Source of the DNA: Chloroflexota bacterium
GTDB lineage: Bacteria > Chloroflexota > Dehalococcoidia > Lucifugimonadales > UBA3495
Assembly (NCBI GenBank): GCA_027623675.1
Contig: JAQBVF010000004.1
Coordinates: 1 to 64,000, forward strand
DNA: 64,000 nucleotides
Direction of reading: 5' to 3'
The translations under genes and the position numbers were made by a program. Below the pieces are notes generated by a model. That model was not told where the DNA came from. It did no database searches and saw nothing but the letters and a program-made list of their open reading frames with translations. Shown here piece by piece: positions 19,439 through 28,214 of the stretch; within the stretch, counting starts at the first letter, position 1, and each line of letters starts with the position of its first letter.

Positions 19439-20578
19439 ATGAGTAAGAGACGCGTAACTAAGCCGGTCTACGTGGGCGGCGTTAAGATAGGCGGCGGAGC
19501 GGACGTGACCGTCCAATCCATGACCAAGACCGACACCCGGGACGTGAAGGCGACGGTCAAACAGATCCACGAATTGGAAGAGGCAGGCTGCGAGTTGATA
19601 CGCAGCGCCGTGCCCGATGCCGAAGCGGCTTTGGCCATGGCCGAGATCAAGAAGCAGATACACATCCCCTTGATCGCCGACATCCACTTCCACTACCAAC
19701 TGGCCCTCACGTGCCTGGAGGGCGGCGTCGATTGCCTGCGGCTGAACCCCGGCAACCTGCGGAACGAGGACCAGGTCCGCGAGGTCGTCCGCGCGGCCAA
19801 AGCACGCAATGTGCCCATTCGCATCGGAGTCAACTTCGGCAGCCTGCCCCCAGTGGGCGGCATCGGCCGGACCAGGGGGTTCTCGCGGCATATGGACCTG
19901 GTCAACCGCCTGCCCAAGGCCGGCGAGGTCGGCGAGGGCGACTACAGCGTGGTGGACCACATGGTTGCCACCGCCCTGTGGGAGATCAGCCTGCTGGAAG
20001 ACCAGGATTTCGATCAGATCAAGATATCCATGAAAGCCTTCGACGTGCCCACCACGGTTGAGGCCTACACCCGCCTGGCCGGGATGGTGCCCTATCCCCT
20101 GCACCTGGGCATAACCGAAGCCGGCACGCCCATGGCCGGCTCCATCCGTACTTCAGTGGGTCTGGGAGTGTTGCTATACAACGGCATCGGCGACACCATC
20201 CGGGTGTCGTTGAGCGGACCTTCCACCGAAGAAGTTACCGCCGGTTACGAGATACTCAAATCCCTTAACATGCGCAAGAAAGGCGCGATCTTGGTGGCCT
20301 GCCCCAGTTGCGGCCGGGCTGACGTCGACGTGGTCAAACTGGCCAATGAGGTGGACGCGCTGCTCAAGAAGGGCAACAAAGAGATAACCGTCGCCGTTAT
20401 GGGCTGCGAGGTCAACGGACCGGGCGAGGCCAAGGATGCCGATGTGGGCATCGCCGCCGGCGCCGGCCGCGCGGTGATCTTCCGCAAGGGCCAGAAGATA
20501 CGCGTGGTCCCGGAGGCTGAGATGCTGTCCGCCTTGATGGAAGAGGTTGATGCCACGCCGGTCGCGTCCGCCGACTAG
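19439..20578 (+). CDS. ispG: 4-hydroxy-3-methylbut-2-en-1-yl diphosphate synthase
   Basis: VQSMT, IADIHF, RLNPGN, HLGITEAG, GIGDTIRVSL, CPSCGR, MGCEVNGPGE. Confidence 0.97.
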   Translation: MSKRRVTKPVYVGGVKIGGGADVTVQSMTKTDTRDVKATVKQIHELEEAGCELIRSAVPDAEAALAMAEIKKQIHIPLIADIHFHYQLALTCLEGGVDCLRLNPGNLRNEDQVREVVRAAKARNVPIRIGVNFGSLPPVGGIGRTRGFSRHMDLVNRLPKAGEVGEGDYSVVDHMVATALWEISLLEDQDFDQIKISMKAFDVPTTVEAYTRLAGMVPYPLHLGITEAGTPMAGSIRTSVGLGVLLYNGIGDTIRVSLSGPSTEEVTAGYEILKSLNMRKKGAILVACPSCGRADVDVVKLANEVDALLKKGNKEITVAVMGCEVNGPGEAKDADVGIAAGAGRAVIFRKGQKIRVVPEAEMLSALMEEVDATPVASAD

Positions 20579-20777
20579 TCTGGCAGGGCTCTCGCGGATG
20601 GCCCGTGGCTAATAGCGGGAGCGGTTGAGGTATGCGGGAATAGCCCGACTTACGGCAGGCGCTCGACCAGAGAGCTATCGGCCAGTCCTCCGGGCGGTGT
20701 CCGGGTCGGTAGTGCCGCAACGATCACCGCAGCCGATGTCACCGGCGACGCTGGTGCGAGTTTGGAAAATGCCATTC

Positions 20778-23270
20778 CTATTTTTGGTGTGATTCCCGCG
20801 TTTTCTGGCCGAACAAGAATCCTCTGACGGCATGACTATACCGTTGGTAAACCAAGCCCATGGCCAACAGCAATCCACCCAGAGCGATGAATGCGACCAC
20901 GCGGTAACCTAATTCCATCAAGAAAACGTCGAAGATGAACAACTTCACCACCGGAAGCGCCAGCAGGGCAATCCCGGCGAGTCGCACGTAGCTAGACCGA
21001 GCGATGATACCCACGGCAATCGTGCCTACCGCGTAAATAGACCAGATCAGTGTCAAAGTTAGTTGCATGGCGCTGGAATAATCGTCGCCTGAATTGAACT
21101 CCAAGTGATTGAAGTAACGGTAGGCTTCAACACTGAGCGCCCATATGGATATAACGTTGGCGGCCACTATGATGGCGATGGAATATAGTGGCCAGACCCT
21201 TGTCATCCCCGGAAAATTGGGAAACTCCCGGCGGTATGCAAACGCGGAGAAGATTAACACGGCCAGTAAGATCAAATAGGCTAGGAAGTAGAAATTGAGG
21301 ACCGGGCTAAAGAGACCTGCCGAAGGCTCCACTTCGAACGTGTCGATCAACAGGAATTTGACCGTTACCACCAGGAGCAAAACGGCGGCGGCCCAGGGAA
21401 GCAGTCCGGAACGTCTGACGGATGCGACTGCCATGAGGCCCATGGCGTAGACCGCCCAGAGCGCGGTGAGGGTGAGAAATTTGTCATGTTCGCCATCGCG
21501 CCACTGGTCCGCGATAGTATGGCTGTCGAAGAACGCGATCGCCTCAGCACTGAGCAGCCACAGAGTGAGGAGGTTGGCCGCGGCCAACAGCACTGGGAAC
21601 ATATGTACTTCGGAAGGCTCGGCGGTCTCAAAGATACTTGAAAAGTCTAGGCGGTCCCGATAGCGGTGGTAAGCATATGCGGCGGCATAGAACGCGGCGA
21701 TGGCCACGACGAAGGGGGGGAAGCGGTTATTCAGGACCGGGTTGAAATCCACCAATTCCACCGGAGAGTCCAAGACCAATAGCCTACCCGCTGAAATTGC
21801 CAATATGCCCAGGCCGAATAGCCGCAATGGAAGCCGTCCGAGTAGGAAGCCCAGCCAAATCAGGACGGCGCCCTCTGCCGCCCAAGCCACGGTGACCCAA
21901 CTGCCGCTCAACTGCAACGGCATCGCGACCGTCAGGAAGATCACTGCTATCGATAGGGAAAACAGGGCTAATTGAGGCGAGTCTGGAGCGCGCTTTGTGA
22001 CGGTGTAGGCCATGGCGCAGTAGAACAACGACAATGAAAGCGAGATGCCGCCGAACCACGATGCGTAGTCTGTCCAAAGCAGTTCAAAGGTCAGACCAAA
22101 GAACGCCGCGGCGTTGATCGTCATTAATGCCAGGTCATATGAACCGGCGTCTCGCCGCCATAACACGTGGAATAAACTCGTGGCACTGACGAACACCAGA
22201 AAAACGCCCACTAGACCTGATTCGCCCAAAATGACGTGGTCGCCTGGATTATCCGAGACCCATATCAGAAACAAGATGTAGGACGCCGACATAGCCACCA
22301 GCGTGAACCAACGCCAGTTTCGGAAGGTTGATAGGGCCAGAACTCCAACGTCGACGACGAGGATGTAGGGCAGCAAGAGGCGTTCGTCCGGCAGGTCCCT
22401 GCCCAGCAGTAAGGGAGCCGTGAACGCTCCCAGGATGCTCAACAGCGCGATGGTTAGAGACTCGTGACGCAAAGCCAAGAGCGTGCCCAGAACCGCCACA
22501 CCGCCTAGAGATAGAAGCGCCGGCAGGGGATCAATAAGGTCGTAACGCCCGAAGCCGGCGTAGATTGAAAGATAGAGTATGGCTAGGCCGGCTGCCGTTA
22601 CGGGCGCGGCCCAAAGAGGGATCTTCCGGTGGGAATACTCGCCGGTTCCTAATAATGCGACGCCAACAGCAACCCCTAGGGCGACCCTGCCGGTGGGACT
22701 GATCCAATCATTGTCGATAGCCAGCTTCAAAAAGAATCCCACGCCAAATGTCAGGGCCACTGCGCCGATGATGGCGAACCAGTTTCGGCCTAGGACCTGT
22801 TCCCAGTCGATCGATGACCAAACCGGGGGTCGGATAGGATACCGGGGGATTTCAGGAGGCGCATTCGCTCCAGTTGGGTATGGCCGGGAGAGTGGTGTAG
22901 CTGGCTGCGTGGAGGCATCCGCCTCAGGTTGCCGGGATTGTGAGCCTGAGGGACCTGCTGGAGGCGTCTGAGCCTGTCTGGCCGGCCGTCCCGCGCTCTC
23001 TAGATTTGCAATTCGGCTCTGGAGCCGCGAAAGTAGGCGTGTAGCCTCACCTAACTCTCGCTTGATCTCTTCTATCTCCGGCGCCCTGGGTTGAGAGTCT
23101 CCGAATTGGGGTTCTGGGTCAGCAGTGTTATCCGGTGGGAGGACCTCTGCGGGGGCATTCGAGGTATTAGAAGGAACCCCGCCTGCTTCCAGCCAGGTTC
23201 CGCAAAAAACACAGAAACGGCTATCCATGGAGTTACCGCGCTGACACTTAGGGCACAAGATCTGCGCCAT
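20778..23270 (-). CDS. DUF2339-family polytopic membrane protein with N-terminal zinc ribbon
   Basis: CPKC..FCVFCG ribbon, coiled coil, WEQVLGRNWFAIIG..GVGFFLK, C-terminal KLFIFDV..YRVVAFIALG; many TM segments. Confidence 0.85.
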   Translation of the reverse strand: MAQILCPKCQRGNSMDSRFCVFCGTWLEAGGVPSNTSNAPAEVLPPDNTADPEPQFGDSQPRAPEIEEIKRELGEATRLLSRLQSRIANLESAGRPARQAQTPPAGPSGSQSRQPEADASTQPATPLSRPYPTGANAPPEIPRYPIRPPVWSSIDWEQVLGRNWFAIIGAVALTFGVGFFLKLAIDNDWISPTGRVALGVAVGVALLGTGEYSHRKIPLWAAPVTAAGLAILYLSIYAGFGRYDLIDPLPALLSLGGVAVLGTLLALRHESLTIALLSILGAFTAPLLLGRDLPDERLLLPYILVVDVGVLALSTFRNWRWFTLVAMSASYILFLIWVSDNPGDHVILGESGLVGVFLVFVSATSLFHVLWRRDAGSYDLALMTINAAAFFGLTFELLWTDYASWFGGISLSLSLFYCAMAYTVTKRAPDSPQLALFSLSIAVIFLTVAMPLQLSGSWVTVAWAAEGAVLIWLGFLLGRLPLRLFGLGILAISAGRLLVLDSPVELVDFNPVLNNRFPPFVVAIAAFYAAAYAYHRYRDRLDFSSIFETAEPSEVHMFPVLLAAANLLTLWLLSAEAIAFFDSHTIADQWRDGEHDKFLTLTALWAVYAMGLMAVASVRRSGLLPWAAAVLLLVVTVKFLLIDTFEVEPSAGLFSPVLNFYFLAYLILLAVLIFSAFAYRREFPNFPGMTRVWPLYSIAIIVAANVISIWALSVEAYRYFNHLEFNSGDDYSSAMQLTLTLIWSIYAVGTIAVGIIARSSYVRLAGIALLALPVVKLFIFDVFLMELGYRVVAFIALGGLLLAMGLVYQRYSHAVRGFLFGQKTRESHQK

Positions 23271-23459
23271 TTCGTTCCAGTCCTATGCACAGCATGGCTA
23301 GATTCCCTCGATTTTACCAGAATGGCTTAAGCGTACCGCTGACCAAGACCGCCCGGCCAATGGCCGACAATTGTCCTACTCCAGTCGCTATAATGATTTG
23401 GCTCCGGGCGACCGGAACCAAACCTGCTTTATCAATTCCCAAGGAGCCCTAGCCCTGAT

Positions 23460-25169
23460 ATGAGATTTTCCCGGATGGTCTCCAAGACTTTACGGTCTGA
23501 CCCTCCCGACGCCGAAACGGCGAGCCACCGGCTGATGATTCGCGCCGGACTGATTCACCAAGTGGCCGCCGGAGTCTATACCTACCTGCCACTGGCGCTG
23601 CGTTCGCTTCGGAAGATAGAGAACATCATCCGGGAAGAGATGGATGCCGTCGGCGGGCAGGAGTTGATGATGCCCGCGCTCCAGCCCCAGGAGTTGTGGG
23701 ACCAAACGGGCCGCCGGGAGGCGTTCGGCGACAATATGTTCTCTCTGGAGGACCGGCGGGGCCGGCCCATGGTGCTGGCGCCCACCCATGAGGAAGTGAT
23801 TACCAACGTGGTCAAGGCCAACGTGCAAAGCTACCGCGACCTGCCGCAGATCCTTTACCAGATACAGACCAAATTCCGCGACGAACCTCGCCCCAGGGCC
23901 GGCCTGATCCGGGTCCGGGAATTCGACATGAAGGACGCTTATAGCTTCAACGCCGACGAGGCCAGCCTGGATGAGAGCTACCAGGCCATGGCCCAAGCGT
24001 ACCGGAACATCTTCCGGCGTTGCGGCCTGCCGGTCATGATGGCCGAGGCTGACAGCGGGGCCATCGGCGGCAAGGATTCACACGAGTTCTTGTTGGCTAC
24101 CGAGTCGGGAGAGGACACGGTAATCACCTGCGCGTCGTGCTCGTATACGGCCAACGCTGAGAAAGCCGAGTCCAAATTCGCCGATGTTCCCGCCGAGCCT
24201 GAGGAAGCCCTGGAAGAGGTCGCTACGCCTGGCATGAAGACGATCGCTGGTCTGGCGGAGTTCCTTGGCGTGCCCGAGTCCAAGACCCTGAAAGCTGTCT
24301 TCTATATGTCGGACGGCGAGCCGGTGTTCGTCACCATTCGAGGGGACCTTGACGTTAACGAGGTCAAACTGCGGAACGTTCTGAAGTCTCATGACCTACG
24401 ATTGGCCGAAGACCACGAGGTGCAAGCCGCCGGACTGGTCGCCGGTTCCGCGTCGGCCGTTGGATTGGAAGGCATCAAGCGGGCGGCCGATGTTTCCATC
24501 ACCAAGGGCAATAACTTCGTGGTGGGGGCCAACAAGCCTGACGTTCATTTCAAGGGCGCCAACTACCCCCGTGACTTCCACGCCGACATCCTGGCCGACA
24601 TCGCCTTGGCCCAGCCGGGGCAACTCTGCGCCCGCTGCGGACATACTCTGGAAGCGACCAAGGGCATTGAAGTGGGGCACATATTCAAGCTGGGGACTTT
24701 CTTCAGTGAGGCCCTGGGCGCGGATTTTCTGGACAGCGAAGGTCAACAGCACCCCATCATCATGGGCTGTTACGGCATCGGCGTGGGCCGGTTGCTGGCG
24801 GCGGCGGTGGAGCAGAACAACGACGAGCACGGCATCATTTTCCCGATGCCGGTGGCTCCGTACCAGGTCCACATGGTGGGTCTGAACCTGTCCAACGAGG
24901 AAGTTGTCGAGGCCGGGGACCGGCTGTACCGAGAGCTTGAGGCTGCCGGGATCGAGGTTCTCTACGATGACCGTGAGGACGCGGCCGCGGGCGTTAAATT
25001 CAACGACGCCGACCTGATGGGGCTTCCGGTGCGGCTGGTGGTCAGCCCCCGTAATCTGAAGAACGGCGCCGTCGAGATCAAGGGCCGCACAGACACCGAG
25101 GCCGGCAGCGCGCCGATCGACGGAGTTGTCGAAGAGATCCGGAAACGCCTGGCGGCCTCGGCGGAGTAA
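23460..25169 (+). CDS. proS: Proline--tRNA ligase with editing domain
   Basis: LAPTHEE, KFRDEPRPRAGLIRVREFDMKDAYSF, GIEVGHIFKLG, MGCYGIGVGR. Confidence 0.98.
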   Translation: MRFSRMVSKTLRSDPPDAETASHRLMIRAGLIHQVAAGVYTYLPLALRSLRKIENIIREEMDAVGGQELMMPALQPQELWDQTGRREAFGDNMFSLEDRRGRPMVLAPTHEEVITNVVKANVQSYRDLPQILYQIQTKFRDEPRPRAGLIRVREFDMKDAYSFNADEASLDESYQAMAQAYRNIFRRCGLPVMMAEADSGAIGGKDSHEFLLATESGEDTVITCASCSYTANAEKAESKFADVPAEPEEALEEVATPGMKTIAGLAEFLGVPESKTLKAVFYMSDGEPVFVTIRGDLDVNEVKLRNVLKSHDLRLAEDHEVQAAGLVAGSASAVGLEGIKRAADVSITKGNNFVVGANKPDVHFKGANYPRDFHADILADIALAQPGQLCARCGHTLEATKGIEVGHIFKLGTFFSEALGADFLDSEGQQHPIIMGCYGIGVGRLLAAAVEQNNDEHGIIFPMPVAPYQVHMVGLNLSNEEVVEAGDRLYRELEAAGIEVLYDDREDAAAGVKFNDADLMGLPVRLVVSPRNLKNGAVEIKGRTDTEAGSAPIDGVVEEIRKRLAASAE

Positions 25170-25205
25170 CCTCCAGCTACCGGCCTCGGGTTCCCATCGT
25201 GCCGA

Positions 25206-25712
25206 TCAGGCGTCCGCCTTTCTGCCCTTGGATCCGGTCCCTGGTTCCATGCACATCGAAAGATACTCCAAGTTCCGGAGCAACATGGGCGCGATCTTGC
25301 CCTTGTGAGAGCTGGACAGCAGAAGCAACAGGCGCAGTTGGGCGGCCAGGTCGGCGGCCAAAGCTTTCTTGGCTTCATCCACCGTTTCGCCCTCCACCGG
25401 CACCCTCACGCCGGCCAACGGCAACTGCAGGCGCGATTCCGCAGCCCAGTACTTGTCCAGGCTGTCTAAGATGACGATGGGTACCTTTCGCTTCAGCACG
25501 AAGTTGGCGTCGGGGGCCGAATCTTCTGGTCCGACCGTGTCGATGAACACCCGGGTGGATTCGGAATGGTTGATGTGAAAGACGGCAGCGTTGGGCTGAC
25601 TGGACGACACGTTTCTCCAGACCCAATCGTCGGGGGTGGACCGGTCCACGCCGGGCTCAATCTTGACGGGATTCGTGAAGTCCTCCGCTAGAGGACGGTC
25701 ATCCTGCGGCAT
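25206..25712 (-). CDS. Hypothetical protein with a HicB-like C-terminal motif
   Basis: ATG at 25712 overlaps the end of the upstream ORF; YWAAES..LPLAGVRVPVEGETVDEAKKAL resembles the HicB N-domain signature. Confidence 0.5.
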   Translation of the reverse strand: MPQDDRPLAEDFTNPVKIEPGVDRSTPDDWVWRNVSSSQPNAAVFHINHSESTRVFIDTVGPEDSAPDANFVLKRKVPIVILDSLDKYWAAESRLQLPLAGVRVPVEGETVDEAKKALAADLAAQLRLLLLLSSSHKGKIAPMLLRNLEYLSMCMEPGTGSKGRKADA

Positions 25713-26109
25713 GACCGTGTTCCCCCATCTCGGCGCCGTCCAGTTCCCAGGCGGCGTACACCTGGTCGGGCAACGTGATCGGCCCGACAGCGTCTTCATA
25801 CTCCTTAACGTGCTTGCTTGTTAGCAGCGCGATGGCCTTGAGCATCTGCGGGCTGACCTTGATGCGGGCCCTGAGGATGGGCTCACGCTCCTCCATCTGC
25901 TCACCGAAGAACAGCACCGCCGAATACAGGCTGCTGAAGATGTGCATGGAGTCGGAATAGAACGTTATGGGGTCGAGAGAGCCCTCTGGGGTGGCGCCCT
26001 GGCTTTCGCCAGAGCTCGGCGTGGGCGCCGCCAGGCCGGGGTTCACGTAAGAGTCTTCTTGAGGGACTTGGTCCTCGGGGGGCACGTAGGGCCGTTGAAT
26101 GATGGGCAT
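25699..26109 (-). CDS. DUF3467-like protein
   Basis: FYSDSMHI..LFFG..ARIKVSPQMLKAIA..VKEYEDAVGPI pattern; GGAGG SD. Confidence 0.65.
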   Translation of the reverse strand: MPIIQRPYVPPEDQVPQEDSYVNPGLAAPTPSSGESQGATPEGSLDPITFYSDSMHIFSSLYSAVLFFGEQMEEREPILRARIKVSPQMLKAIALLTSKHVKEYEDAVGPITLPDQVYAAWELDGAEMGEHGHAAG

Positions 26110-26346
26110 GTGACCTCCACAGTTACCGGTTTCCAGCGGTTGTAGGCCGCTTTGATTATTTTCCCAAGTTCTGCCCGCGGTTTCGAAGTCCGTGGTTTCC
26201 CAGTGGACCTACGGAAAGGTTCCAGGCAGGGCCTTATTATACACGCGGGACAAACGCGGGCGGCCGGCAGGCAGCACGAAAACCGGATATCGAGTCCGGC
26301 TGCACCAGAATCTCCGCCATGGCATCTTAACTAGGGAAGAACAAAG

Positions 26347-26898
26347 ATGCCGGTGGAGCCGCAGAGGACCATGTCAGAGATAGTTGATTTCAGGAAAGCC
26401 AAGGACAGATATTTCGGAGGCGATGAACATTCGCCCCTTACTCCCGAGCAACGGAAGCGGTTCAGCGGACTGCGGTATTTCGCGGAGAACCCCAAGCTGC
26501 AATTTCTGCTTGGGGTGGATGAGTTCCCGAAGGACGGGAAGGATGAGATTCAGATGGCTACCAGTTCCGGGGACACGGTGGCGCATGTGCGGTGGGCCAA
26601 GCTCAACTTTGAGGTCGACGGTGTTGCGGTTGCTTTGACCGTCTACCGCGATCTGGAGAGGAACGAGTATTTCCTGCCGTTCATGGACGCCACCACCGGG
26701 GATGAGTCATATGCGGACGGCCGTTACCTGGACCTGCCTGCCACCGGCGACGGCCGTCTGGTGGTGGATTTCAACTATGCCTACAATCCCTACTGCGCCT
26801 ACAACCCGGATTGGAGTTGCCCCATAGCGCCGTCGGAAAACCGGCTTCCGGTGGCGATCAAGGCCGGTGAGAAGATCTACCCCGATGCCAGCCACTAG
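26347..26898 (+). CDS. DUF1684 family protein
   Basis: KDRYF..HSPL..FSGLRYF, FLPFMDATTGDESYADGRYL, DFNYAYNPYCAYN..CP..ENRL..AGEK. Confidence 0.9.
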   Translation: MPVEPQRTMSEIVDFRKAKDRYFGGDEHSPLTPEQRKRFSGLRYFAENPKLQFLLGVDEFPKDGKDEIQMATSSGDTVAHVRWAKLNFEVDGVAVALTVYRDLERNEYFLPFMDATTGDESYADGRYLDLPATGDGRLVVDFNYAYNPYCAYNPDWSCPIAPSENRLPVAIKAGEKIYPDASH

Positions 26899-26940
26899 GA
26901 ACGGGACAGGCTATCCGCAGCGGATGAAGCGGAGGATAGC

Positions 26941-27477
26941 CTAATCTGCCTCCGGCCACTCGGCTGAAGCCTGGTCCGCTTGGGTTTCCGGTTCGGTGCG
27001 GGTTAGGTGATAGTGGCCCACAGCGATGGCTTCCCATTCGTGGGTCGAGCGCCCCTGGCCGATGAGGCCCAGCAGCAGCATCGTGGCGTAGCCAAGTTGG
27101 TCGCGGGAAGCGTTGGGGTGCCCGGCGATGGCCGTCCGTACCTCCTGGGCGGTGTAGGAGAACTGGGGCAGGCCCCGTTCGCCCGACCACTGGGCCAAAG
27201 ACGACACCAATAGGTCGATGGCGGGCACCGGCCAGTTGATGCCGCTGGGTTGGCAGAGGGCCACGGCTTGGGGACTCCACCGGGCGGCCAGTTCATCCAG
27301 GGCCTCGACCAGGTGGGAGACCCGGACCTGCGGTTCGACCTTGTGCCGGGTTTTGAGTCCGGCGGTCCCGCTTTCGGCCACCTCTCCATCCTGGAACACT
27401 GCCCAGCCGGTCTCTCTCACGCCGGCGTCCAGGGCCAGCAGCGCCGGCACGTGTCGGGCAGCCTGCTGGGCGCTCAC
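26941..27477 (-). CDS. RuvC-like crossover-junction nuclease paralog with substituted active-site residues
   Basis: LLALDAGVRETGWAV, YTAQEVRTAIAGHPNASRDQL, HEWEAIAVG; GTG start overlaps the upstream TGA (GTGA). Confidence 0.8.
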   Translation of the reverse strand: MSAQQAARHVPALLALDAGVRETGWAVFQDGEVAESGTAGLKTRHKVEPQVRVSHLVEALDELAARWSPQAVALCQPSGINWPVPAIDLLVSSLAQWSGERGLPQFSYTAQEVRTAIAGHPNASRDQLGYATMLLLGLIGQGRSTHEWEAIAVGHYHLTRTEPETQADQASAEWPEAD

Positions 27478-27806
27478 AGGGCCGCCGCCACGCCCATTGC
27501 CGCCGCCATGATGGTCGGGGGGGCAGGAAACCTTGGCGCGGGCGAGTGTGGGGCTGCTGCGCTTGAATACGCTTTCTCCGGTTGCGCCGGGCTGTTGGGG
27601 GCCGGGATATCTTGGTCGACCGGCCCGGTTGCCGGCGCCGGCCCCGCCATGTTCGTCAGCGTATCCACCTGCGTATTCAACTGATATAGACCGGTGTAGT
27701 AGTATGTGCCGCATTGCAGGCATAGCCAGTCGCCTTCGTCCGCGGCCAGATCGCCTTGGCATTTGATACAGGTCTTTAGACGGAACCAATTCACGGTTGC
27801 TTCCAT
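27474..27806 (-). CDS. Small zinc-ribbon protein
   Basis: CIKC-x12-CLQCG followed by a Pro/Ala-rich tail; coupled to the RuvC-like gene. Confidence 0.7.
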   Translation of the reverse strand: MEATVNWFRLKTCIKCQGDLAADEGDWLCLQCGTYYYTGLYQLNTQVDTLTNMAGPAPATGPVDQDIPAPNSPAQPEKAYSSAAAPHSPAPRFPAPPTIMAAAMGVAAAL

Positions 27807-27925
27807 TCAGGTCTGTCCATTTAAGTTAACGCCCTGGGACGCGCCCCGGTCGGACGTGCCCACAAAGTGCCCTTGGGTATTCTTGGCGGGCCTGTACTTA
27901 ATGGTTAGCACATAACAACATTATC

Positions 27926-27939
27926 AGAACAATTGTTCT
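27926..27939. promoter_or_regulatory. LexA (SOS) operator, Gram-positive/Chloroflexota type
   Basis: Perfect palindrome AGAACAATTGTTCT (AGAAC-N4-GTTCT) in an AT-rich intergenic region, next to a minus-strand -10-like GATAAT. Confidence 0.8.
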
Positions 27940-28120
27940 ATAACAACACTTGAGTGTCAGAGCACGGTGCGTTCGGAGTGCTTGGGACTGCCTTACTCAG
28001 CGTCAAGGCTTTCGATAATAGGCAGCAGAATTTCATGCACCTTCTCGGGAATTAAGTAGGAACCCCGCCCGAAAAACGGCGTGTTTCGGCCAAGCTGATC
28101 GACTCTTGAGCGTGGCAGCC

Positions 28121-28149
28121 TTGACCCTTGAATTGGCAGTTTCTATAAT
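28121..28149 (+). promoter_or_regulatory. sigma70-type promoter for pheST
   Basis: TTGACC-N17-TATAAT. Confidence 0.75.
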
Positions 28150-28214
28150 TGTTGTTTGTGTGCGTGATTCGCTCGTGCGCCTTTCCCGAAGATGCCCCCG
28201 GAGGAACAACCCGA

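Noticed and set aside
26941..27789. 282-aa ORF as a single RuvC/TnpB/Cas-like nuclease
   Set aside because: Its N-terminal part is an alternate frame of the Zn-ribbon gene. The real protein is about 178 aa, with no TnpB or Cas architecture and no CRISPR array.
28150..28214. T-box riboswitch before pheS (and proS)
   Set aside because: The leader is too short and has no T-box motif.
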